This document shows positions 42,917-51,359 of a stretch of 64,000 nt of DNA, piece by piece. The stretch spans positions 32,001 to 96,000 of the forward strand of contig CBDHHL010000025.1 in assembly GCA_965263355.1 (NCBI GenBank). Reading direction: 5' to 3'. The stretch is from Leptolyngbyaceae cyanobacterium (GTDB lineage Bacteria > Cyanobacteriota > Cyanobacteriia > Phormidesmidales > Phormidesmidaceae). The translations under genes were made by a program, and so were the position numbers. The notes under the pieces are model-generated. The model did not search any database. It was not told the DNA's origin and saw nothing but the letters and a program-made list of their open reading frames with translations. How positions within the stretch are numbered: the stretch's first letter is position 1; each line of letters starts with the position of its first letter.

Positions 42917-43804
42917 ATGACGTCACTCCCCATTAGTTTTGAATTCTTTCCACCGAAAACGGCAGAGGGAGGGGCTCAGCTAATGGAACAGTATGCTATT
43001 TTAGCGGCCTGTCAGCCTGAGTTTTTTTCGATTACCTATGGAGCGGGGGGGACGACGCGCGATCGCACCAAACAACTTGTCCTAGATATTAATGCCAAAG
43101 AGATTCCCGCCGTTCCACACCTATCGTGCATTGGTGATACTCGGGCATCCTTGCGAACAATATTGGATACTTATAAGGGCGCAGGTATTCAAAATATTGT
43201 CACCTTGAGAGGCGATCTGCCTAACGATATGGATGATGTGGCCAATGAGTTTCACTACGCTGATGAGTTGGTCACATTTATTTGTCAAGAGTACAAAGAT
43301 ACATTTAATTTAATTGTGGCGGCCTACCCTGAGGTTCATCCTGAAGCTAAAAATGCTCAGCAGGACTTAGTCAACTTTAAACGCAAGGTTGACGCTGGAG
43401 CCGTCGCTGCCATTACTCAATATTTCTACAATCCAGACGCCTACGAAGACTTTGTGAATCGCTGTCATCAGGCAGGAATCACTATCCCCATTTATCCAGG
43501 GATTATGCCGATCACCAATTATGAACGGTTAGCTCGATTTAGCCGCATGTGTGGGGCACAAATTCCCCAATGGATTGAAAATCGCCTGCTTGATTATCAA
43601 GATGATCCGTCAGGGTTACAGGCCTTTGGGTTAGATGTGGTTACCCAGCTATGTGAAAAGTTAATAGCGCTGGGTGCACCTGGATTTCATTTTTATACGT
43701 TGAATCAGGCAACGCCTACCCTAAAAATTCTAAAAAATCTAGGACCTACAGTGGCCTATGAATCTACCTTAAACCTAGCGTCAGAAAAACTTTTAGCTCA
43801 TTAA
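42917..43804 (+). CDS. metF: 5,10-methylenetetrahydrofolate reductase
   Basis: SFEFFPPKT, SITYGAGG, LRGD, AAYPEVHP, KRKVDAGA, ITQYFY, PGIMP, HFYTLN. Confidence 0.97.
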   Translation: MTSLPISFEFFPPKTAEGGAQLMEQYAILAACQPEFFSITYGAGGTTRDRTKQLVLDINAKEIPAVPHLSCIGDTRASLRTILDTYKGAGIQNIVTLRGDLPNDMDDVANEFHYADELVTFICQEYKDTFNLIVAAYPEVHPEAKNAQQDLVNFKRKVDAGAVAAITQYFYNPDAYEDFVNRCHQAGITIPIYPGIMPITNYERLARFSRMCGAQIPQWIENRLLDYQDDPSGLQAFGLDVVTQLCEKLIALGAPGFHFYTLNQATPTLKILKNLGPTVAYESTLNLASEKLLAH

Positions 43805-43903
43805 AAAGTAATTTTAGAAACCAGAAAAATAAACTTCTAAGGTTGTCTTCCATGCTGTTGGCTAAACGCAGCCATAGACAACAAAAGTTTTTTACCAGGT
43901 CTT

Positions 43904-45454
43904 CTATCCTCGAATCACCGTAATCTGTCGTCCATTCGCTGTTGTAGCAGCGTCTGTTTTGGTACGTTCCGCCATCGGGGGTAACCCCTCCCGTCGATCA
44001 AAAATCATCAACCAACCAGTCTCTAACCCCAATCCTGCCAAATACTTATCCAACTGAACCAGGCCAGCCTTCAGCGGGTCCGGTCGTCCCGGTCGCCATA
44101 CCTTTAGCTCAATGCCCAGGGTGACTGCACCATAGCGCAAACACAGATCCATCCGATCTGTACCAATGGCATATTCTCTCTCTAACGTCCCGCCCCCGTT
44201 CACCACCCGGTGCAAAAAGGCCATCATCACTAAATGGGGCGCAATTTCATGGTATGGCGCGCTCTTCAACAACGGTTGCCCATGCTGTCGCCAAAATGAG
44301 AGAAATGCTTCTAACAGTTTATCCACATCCAACTGACCATCAGCCTGCAACCAGGTAGGGCTAATCTGCGGCAAACTATCCTGGGGACCGCTCGCCAGCA
44401 TCCGGGGCAACACCTCCTGATAAATTCGGTTGGCCACCACAATGCCCCCTTGAGACGAGCGACGCAGCAATCCCAAATCCACTAAATAGTCGCGATCATC
44501 TATAGGAACTTTGTTTAACTCCTGCCCTGCCATTAGGGGTTCAATCACCGCTCGAATCCGAGATTCTTCTAAGCGCTTGCTTAAGCTATCCAGATGAGTA
44601 TCTCGACGTTGAATCAACACTTCCTTCGCTTGATGAATATGCTCCAGTGTAATTGTCGTCTGTTCATCGGGGACTATCACTTCCACCACCTGACGCGCTA
44701 GGGCATTCACCAGCCAAGGTTGACCATGGGTTAGCTCAAATGCCAAAGCAAGGGCCTCTGGGGTAAACTGTTGGCCTGTTTCAGCAGTATGTTGACGATA
44801 CAGCTGTGCGACGTCCTCTGCACTGAAGTTACCTAGGGTAAATGACTCTACTTTTACATTAAACGGACTGGCCGTTTGCAAGCGCGTACTGCCGCCAGAC
44901 GTTACTTTATAATCCCGCACATCTCGCATACCAATTAAGGCGAGGGAGTGGGGAAAATTTTCAGGTCGTTGAGGATAGCCATCGCGCAGCTGTCGCAGCA
45001 CTGCAATTAGGGCATCATCCATCAGGGAATCGATTTCGTCAATTAGGACCACCAGCGGACGGGCACAGCTCCTCGCCCAGACCTGTAGGGCCGTACCGAT
45101 GCGGCGTCCATCTGCCACGTCAGGCCAGGGTGGGGGCTGTAATTCATCTGATAAATAACTCTGAGCCGCCCCGCGCCAGGCCTCTAAGATCGCTCGTTCG
45201 GCTTTGCCAGGATCATGACTAAAGGGTTGACCCACTTCAGCAGATACCATGATGGCACAATAGTCCCCGCTATCGGTTAGCTGTTGAGCCAGGGCTAACA
45301 TGGCCGTGGTTTTACCGGTTTGACGGGGTGCATGGACCACAAAATAGCTTTCCTGAGCAATCAGGCGATCTAAGGGGGGCAGCCGTTCGATTGCCGGTAG
45401 CATATAGTTTTTGTCTGGGCGGCAGGGTCCAGCGGTGTTAAACCATTTGGGCAT
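43904..45454 (-). CDS. AAA-like ATPase with C-terminal PD-(D/E)xK-like domain, copy 1
   Basis: Walker A APRQTGKTT, Walker B LIDEID, SPFN, GQPWLVN; C-terminal EREY...RMDL...IELK...QLDKY. Confidence 0.85.
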   Translation of the reverse strand: MPKWFNTAGPCRPDKNYMLPAIERLPPLDRLIAQESYFVVHAPRQTGKTTAMLALAQQLTDSGDYCAIMVSAEVGQPFSHDPGKAERAILEAWRGAAQSYLSDELQPPPWPDVADGRRIGTALQVWARSCARPLVVLIDEIDSLMDDALIAVLRQLRDGYPQRPENFPHSLALIGMRDVRDYKVTSGGSTRLQTASPFNVKVESFTLGNFSAEDVAQLYRQHTAETGQQFTPEALALAFELTHGQPWLVNALARQVVEVIVPDEQTTITLEHIHQAKEVLIQRRDTHLDSLSKRLEESRIRAVIEPLMAGQELNKVPIDDRDYLVDLGLLRRSSQGGIVVANRIYQEVLPRMLASGPQDSLPQISPTWLQADGQLDVDKLLEAFLSFWRQHGQPLLKSAPYHEIAPHLVMMAFLHRVVNGGGTLEREYAIGTDRMDLCLRYGAVTLGIELKVWRPGRPDPLKAGLVQLDKYLAGLGLETGWLMIFDRREGLPPMAERTKTDAATTANGRQITVIRG

Positions 45455-45511
45455 GGGGCTTACGAACGAATGGCACAGTGCAGTATAGCAACTATATCAA
45501 TGATTACTTAG

Positions 45512-45983
45512 GGATTCCCGCCGTTCCACACCTATCGTGCATTGGTGATACTCGGGCATCCTTGCGAACAATATTGGATACTTATAAGGGCGCAGGTATT
45601 CAAAATATTGTCACCTTGAGAGGCGATCTGCCTAACGATATGGATGATGTGGCTAATGAGTTTCACTACGCCGATGAGTTGGTCACGTTTATTTGTCATA
45701 TGAACGGCTAGCTCGATTTAGCCGCATGTGTGGGGCACAAATTCCCCAATGGATTGAAAATCGCCTGCTTGATTATCAAGATGATCCGTCAGGGTTACAG
45801 GCCTTTGGGTTAGATGTGGTTACCCAGCTATGTGAAAAGTTAATAGCGCTGAGTGCACCTGGATTTCATTTTTATACGTTGAATCAGGCAACGCCTACCC
45901 TAAAAATTCTAAAAAATCTGGGGTCTACGGCATCCCATAAACCTGACTCAAACATAGCGTCAGAAAAGCTTTTAGCTTATTAA
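45512..45983 (+). pseudogene. metF: Truncated duplicate of metF with a 232-bp internal deletion
   Basis: Near-identical to 43102-43287 joined directly to 43520-43804, causing a frameshift; 5' end missing. Confidence 0.92.
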
Positions 45984-46096
45984 GAAGTATTTTAAGAACC
46001 AGGAAAAATAACGCTCAACTTCAGTCTGCGTTGAGAATAGGCATACAGTATCTAAAATTTGACCAAACGGAGCCTGGTACTTCATCACGTATAGTT

Positions 46097-47578
46097 TCAA
46101 TTGAGCGTTTTTAATTTCTGTACACCCAGTAGGCAACTTAACCCATAGACTAGAAAGCCCGCGAGCATTCCTGGTAAAACCTCATAAATTGCTGCTGATA
46201 AGTTAAACCAGCTCCACAATGCCGCTGCAACAATCCCCATAGCCATCATGCTGACCCCGACTAGCGGCTGAACGGGCAATTTCCAGACCCGCAGCATTAA
46301 TATAGGCCCTAAGCCAGACCCCAGGGCCGACCAGGCAAAAAAGCCCAGGGCAATCAAATTTTTATCACTGGCTAGTGCGATCGCAAGAACAATTGCTGTG
46401 ACAATTAGCGTTCCAACTTTCACTAACCGGTAAGATTTGCCCATCGCAGGGAACAGATCTTGAGTCAGGGCTGCCGAGCAAGATAGAATCTGCGAATCCG
46501 CCGTTGAGATTACCGCTGAGAATATTCCTGCCAAAATAACTCCGATCAGCAGCGCAGGCAGTAAATCAATGGCCAGCTGTGGAAATGCTAGAGTTGGGTC
46601 ACCATTAGCCTTAATGAGATCAGGAAGTAAAACTCGAGCCGCTAGACCAACAACTAGTGCAGACGCAGAAAAGAATACATAGGAGATAGCATAGATATTA
46701 CGAACCAGTCCGATATGGTCAGGAGCATCGACAACCATTGCCCTCACCATAATATGCGGTTGACCAACGACACCAACCCCAGCAACAATCCAGCTGAGCA
46801 AAAATAATCCAAATCCATACTTAAGGTCTTGTGGAATAACATCAATTAAGATGGGGTCAATAGCGCCTAACTGTTGCCACATGCCGCTAAAACCACCACA
46901 GGTATGTAAGGCAACGCCCGTTAAGAGAAACATAGCTACTACCATCACAATTGACTGTACGGCATCGGTCCAAATAGAAGCACGGATGCCACCAGCAAAG
47001 CAGTAAGAAACAACAATGACTGTGCCGATAAGAACACCTAAATTATCGTTAAACCCAAAAATAGCGTGTAATGCTTTGCTTCCTGCTAACAGTTGTGTAG
47101 CAGCGTAGGTGCCCAAAAACGCAATTGTAATTACGGCAGCAAGCATTGCCACAGGGTTCTGCTCTTTACTATTTTGGGATAGAAAACTACCAATAGTTGT
47201 AGAGTCAGTTTCTTCTGAGACAATCCGTAAGGGTTATAGAAAGCTACCAATAGTTGTAGAGTCAGTTTCTTCTGAGACAATCCGTAAGGGTTTGTGAATA
47301 AAAAACCAAGTTATATAGTCTCCAAAAAACCAACCAAACAGCAACCAAAGACTTGAAATACCAAACTGATATGTGTACCCAATAACACCGATAAACATGG
47401 CACCGCTATGGGCAGTTGAGAACGTGGAAAGAGCCGTCATCCATGGGCTGACATCGCGACTGGCCAGTAAGTAATCTACTGTCGTATTCTGTCTATTAAC
47501 TGAAGAATACAGACCAACGCCAATAAATAATAAAAGAAAAATAGCAAAGCTTAGGGCAATGGCAAGTTGGTTTGGCAT
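46097..47578 (-). pseudogene. Sodium:solute (PutP-like) symporter interrupted by an in-frame stop
   Basis: ORFs 47234-47578 and 46097-47152 are in the same frame. SSS motifs DYLLASR, GGIRASIWTDAVQ, GQPHIMVR, SAVISTADSQ. The TAA is created at the junction of a 57-bp tandem duplication. Confidence 0.88.
47179..47292. repeat. 57-bp tandem duplication
   Basis: ATAGAAA(A/G)CTACCAATAGTTGTAGAGTCAGTTTCTTCTGAGACAATCCGTAAGGGTT at 47179-47235 and 47236-47292, one mismatch. Confidence 0.95.
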
Positions 47579-47715
47579 GACAAAACTTGTATTTAAAGAG
47601 CAAAAACTCGAACTGAACTAGTAAAATGAATATGATTTTTAACGCAAATTCGAATGATAGAATGCACTATCATCACAATTAGCGCAAGCAAAAAAAATAT
47701 TACTTAGAAATGTAA

Positions 47716-47733
47716 ATTTTACCAGGATTCTAC
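47716..47733 (+). promoter_or_regulatory. Direct-repeat site E
   Basis: ATTTTACCAGGATTCTAC, then TGGTTAAGT 7 bp later; about 77 bp upstream of ATG 47810. Confidence 0.65.
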
Positions 47734-47809
47734 TTTTTGTTGGTTAAGTGCCTAGTAATAGATAGGCAAAAGTGATGCAAAGATTTGAGTTTTCCTTACT
47801 ACTTAACAA

Positions 47810-48091
47810 ATGACTGACAACAAATACGCGGGTATTGCCAGCTATTACGATTTGTGGGTGACGTCTGGTTACTATGATTACCAAAGCTTGGCTCAGGAAA
47901 TTCATTCATATATTGGCAATGGTCACAATATTCTTGAACTGGGAGTCGGCACAGGACTATTGGTTGAAAAGTTCCTAGAAATTGACACCAGTTGCACATT
48001 CACAGGAGTCGATTTTGCTCCGTTAAAAAAAATGAGCGAACCACAAACTAATTTACAGGTTTTACCGAGATTTTACTTTTTTTTGCTCTAA
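47810..48091 (+). pseudogene. 5' part of a class I SAM methyltransferase (truncated)
   Basis: YYD..., ILELGVGTG motif I and FTGVDF motif II, then unrelated tail and stop at 93 aa. Confidence 0.75.
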
Positions 48092-48180
48092 TGATTGATG
48101 TTAAAGATCAATCAAGTTGCTAATAACTGCGAAAACTAGGTAACGATTAGGAGGTTTTAGATCGTCGCAAATTATTAGAC

Positions 48181-49128
48181 ATGAATGTGATTGAGGAAGG
48201 CCAAGAACCAGTTCATCGAGTGGGTGCCACTAACGGTCTTGGTCAACAGCTTCCTTTCACACGACTGTTTTTGCCAATTGCCCGTATCGGTATACTTGTG
48301 CCGAAAAAAGCTGTTGATAAGACCCATTGCGCCATCCAAATTTTATTGCCCGGTACTGGTACTACATTTTCTGTAGCTGAGACCCTCTGTGATGTTGCTG
48401 GCACTTTCCATGGGCGCAAAAGCAAAAATCGGGGTGGCGGACGCAAGAGTAACCAAAGTTTAATCACCCAGGCTTTGCCAGATGGCCAAACATTTCGTGT
48501 CGCGTCTTTCCCCACCGATCTTCCCCTAAATGGCATGGGATCAGACGCTCCATTCGAATTTGCCAGTGAAGCAGGTTTAATGGCTGTATTACGCCATGTA
48601 CATTTGGTATTATCCCATCTCTATCCTGAACGCCCTGTGTTTATAGCAGGACGTAGCCAGGGGGGCATCGCTGCTATCTTATATGCCCAACATTATGATG
48701 ACTTGACTGGAGCGATCGCAGTCAATCCACCTCACCCCGACCCCGAGTTATTCAAGTTTACGGTTCAATATTTGGAAGATAAGGCCAAAGTGCTGGCCGA
48801 CTTGCTCCATGCCCCAGGAGTAACCCTACACAATCAGAGCTGGGAAGCATACAAAACGTTTACGCCGTCCTTTGACTATCCATCTAGGCCGTCACTTTCG
48901 TCTATTTTAACCCTAGTAAGTTTGGGCGATCCGTTTAACTTATTCCCCGAGTATGAATACGCCCAGAAGGAATTTGCGGATAAAGATGAAAAAAACCATT
49001 TGCACATCCTTGATGCGGGTCACAACCTTTGGGACAGGAAAGCAGAAGAGATGTATCAAAAAGTGATTAATTTACAAGCTGATTTCATGCTGGAGCAGAT
49101 CAGGGGACAAAAAGTATCTGATGATTAA
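48181..49128 (+). CDS. Alpha/beta-hydrolase fold protein
   Basis: LLPGTG oxyanion-like segment, nucleophile elbow GRSQGG, candidate Asp (GDP) and His (AGHNL). Confidence 0.7.
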   Translation: MNVIEEGQEPVHRVGATNGLGQQLPFTRLFLPIARIGILVPKKAVDKTHCAIQILLPGTGTTFSVAETLCDVAGTFHGRKSKNRGGGRKSNQSLITQALPDGQTFRVASFPTDLPLNGMGSDAPFEFASEAGLMAVLRHVHLVLSHLYPERPVFIAGRSQGGIAAILYAQHYDDLTGAIAVNPPHPDPELFKFTVQYLEDKAKVLADLLHAPGVTLHNQSWEAYKTFTPSFDYPSRPSLSSILTLVSLGDPFNLFPEYEYAQKEFADKDEKNHLHILDAGHNLWDRKAEEMYQKVINLQADFMLEQIRGQKVSDD

Positions 49129-49183
49129 TACTGTTGTCAGTGTTGTTTAAATACAGTTGTAATCCAAATTTCATAACAGAATA

Positions 49184-50731
49184 TCATCCTCGAATCACCA
49201 TAATTTGCCGTCCATTGGCTGTTTCGGTAATTTCTGTTGTGGTACGTTCTGCCAGCGGTGACAATCTTTCCCGTCGATCAAAAATCATCAACCAACCAGA
49301 CGACAATCCTAACCCCGCCAAATACTTATCCAACTGAACCAGGCCAGCCTTCAGCGGGTCCGGTCGTCCCGGTCGCCATACCTTTAGCTCAATACCCAGG
49401 GTGACTGCACCATAGCGCAAACACAGATCCATCCGATCTGTACCAATGGCATATTCTCTCTCTAGAGTCCCCTCACCATTGACCACCCTATGCAAAAAGG
49501 CCATCATCACCAAATGGGGCGCAATCTCATGGTACGGTGCACTCTTTAACAATGGTTGTCCATGCTGTCGCCAAAATGAAAGAAAGGCCGCCAACAATTT
49601 ATCCACATCCAACTGACCATCAGCCTGCAACCAGGTAGGGCTAATCTGCGGCAAACTATCCTGGGGACCGCTCGCCAGCATCCGGGGCAACACCTCCTGA
49701 TAAATTCGGTTGGCCACCACAATGCCCCCTTGAGACGAGCGACGCAGCAATCCCAAATCCACTAAATAGTCGCGATCATCTATAGGAACTTTGTTTAACT
49801 CCTGCCCTGCCATTAGGGGTTCAATCACCGCTCGAATCCGAGATTCTTCTAAGCGCTTGCTTAAGCTATCGAGATGAGTATCTCGTCGTTGAATCAACAC
49901 TTCCTTCGCTTGATGAATATGTTCCAGCGTGATGGTCGTCCGTTCATCGGGGACTATCACTTCCACCACCTGACGCGCCAGGGCATTCACCAGCCAAGGT
50001 TGACCATGGGTTAGCTCAAATGCCAAAGCAAGGGCCTCTGGAGTAAACTGTTGGCCTGTTTCAGCAGTATGTTGACGATACAGCTGTGCGACGTCCTCTG
50101 CACTGAAGTTACCCAAGGTAAATGACTCTACTTTTACATTAAACGGACTGGCCGTTTGCAAGCGCGTACTGCCGCCAGACGTTACTTTATAATCCCGCAC
50201 ATCGCGCATACCAATTAAGGCGAGGGAATGGGGGAAATTCCTGGGTCGTCGGGGATAGCCATCGCGTAATTGCCGCAATATCGAAATCAAGGCATCATCG
50301 GTCAGGGAATCGATTTCGTCAATAAAGAGGACTAGTGGCTTTGGACATGCCTGACACCAGGCTTGCAAAGCCGCGCCAATTTTGCTGCCTTCTACTTTAG
50401 GCCAGGGAGGCGGTTGCAGTTCTGGCGGTAACCATGCCCTGGCTGCCTGCCGCCAGGATTCTAAAATATACACCTCGGCCTTGTCTGGATTATGGCTAAA
50501 GGGTTGCCCCACTTCAGCCGAAACCATAATGGCTGCATAGTCACCTTGGGCGGTTAGCCGCTGCGCCAGGGCTAACATGGTGGTGGTTTTACCGGTCTGA
50601 CGGGGCGCATGGATAACGAAATAGCTTTCTTGGGCAATTAAACGATCTAAGGGGGGCAGCCGTTCGATTGCCGGTAGCATATAGTTTTTGTCTGGGCGGC
50701 AGGGTCCAGCGGTGTTAAACCATTTGGGCAT
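49184..50731 (-). CDS. AAA-like ATPase with C-terminal PD-(D/E)xK-like domain, copy 2
   Basis: Same motifs as 43904-45454; near-identical over the central part. Confidence 0.85.
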   Translation of the reverse strand: MPKWFNTAGPCRPDKNYMLPAIERLPPLDRLIAQESYFVIHAPRQTGKTTTMLALAQRLTAQGDYAAIMVSAEVGQPFSHNPDKAEVYILESWRQAARAWLPPELQPPPWPKVEGSKIGAALQAWCQACPKPLVLFIDEIDSLTDDALISILRQLRDGYPRRPRNFPHSLALIGMRDVRDYKVTSGGSTRLQTASPFNVKVESFTLGNFSAEDVAQLYRQHTAETGQQFTPEALALAFELTHGQPWLVNALARQVVEVIVPDERTTITLEHIHQAKEVLIQRRDTHLDSLSKRLEESRIRAVIEPLMAGQELNKVPIDDRDYLVDLGLLRRSSQGGIVVANRIYQEVLPRMLASGPQDSLPQISPTWLQADGQLDVDKLLAAFLSFWRQHGQPLLKSAPYHEIAPHLVMMAFLHRVVNGEGTLEREYAIGTDRMDLCLRYGAVTLGIELKVWRPGRPDPLKAGLVQLDKYLAGLGLSSGWLMIFDRRERLSPLAERTTTEITETANGRQIMVIRG

Positions 50732-50778
50732 GGGGCTTACGAACGAATGACACGGTGCAGTGTAGCAACTATATCAAT

Positions 50779-50897
50779 GATTACTTAGGAGCGGGGGAAC
50801 GACTCGCGATCGCACCCGACAACTTACCCTAAACATCAATGCCAAAAGGATTCCTACCGTTATCCCCCTAGTCGGCATTAACGATACTTATACATCG
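50779..50897 (+). pseudogene. metF: Short decayed metF fragment
   Basis: GGAGCGGGGGAACGACTCGCGATCGCACC...AATGCCAAAAGGATTCC matches metF at about 43030-43150. Confidence 0.75.
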
Positions 50898-50984
50898 CTA
50901 GTTAGCAGAGGTTTGAGCCTTACCACCGAGTCAGGGCAAGATTATGAGTAAAACGTATATTGAGCTGTTAAAGACTATTAATAA

Positions 50985-51128
50985 TACGACTTGGAAGGTT
51001 ACGAGTAGAGAAAAATAAAAGCCTTTATTTTCAAGGGTTTTGAAAGTCCGAAATTATCAGATTTTTGCTACTGCAGAACGTAATTGCGTCGTTTCAAATT
51101 TTCTTTCATGATAACCTTCCAAGTCGTG
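50985..51128. mobile_element. MITE, 144 bp, 6-bp TSD
   Basis: Perfect 16-bp TIR ACGACTTGGAAGGTTA (50986-51001) / TAACCTTCCAAGTCGT (51112-51127); TAATAA on both flanks. Confidence 0.8.
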
Positions 51129-51152
51129 TAATAATCTGAGGATAGGCCACAC

Positions 51153-51170
51153 ATTTTACCAGGATTTTAC
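51153..51170 (+). promoter_or_regulatory. Direct-repeat site F (mscS promoter)
   Basis: ATTTTACCAGGATTTTAC, then TGCTTCAAT 7 bp later; about 190 bp upstream of ATG 51360. Confidence 0.7.
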
Positions 51171-51359
51171 ATTTGTCTGCTTCAATGACTACCACCTGGG
51201 GGAAGTTAACCCAGTTTCCTCATTGAATCCAGTGAGGATCTGCCTGTTCTAAGTAATTTAAGCAGCGTTTTTGTCTCTCATTTGTGGCTGAGATAGTCAC
51301 CGGAGAGTACAGTTTTCTCGTAATTCGATTTAGCCACCATCTAAGAGACCTTTGGAGCA

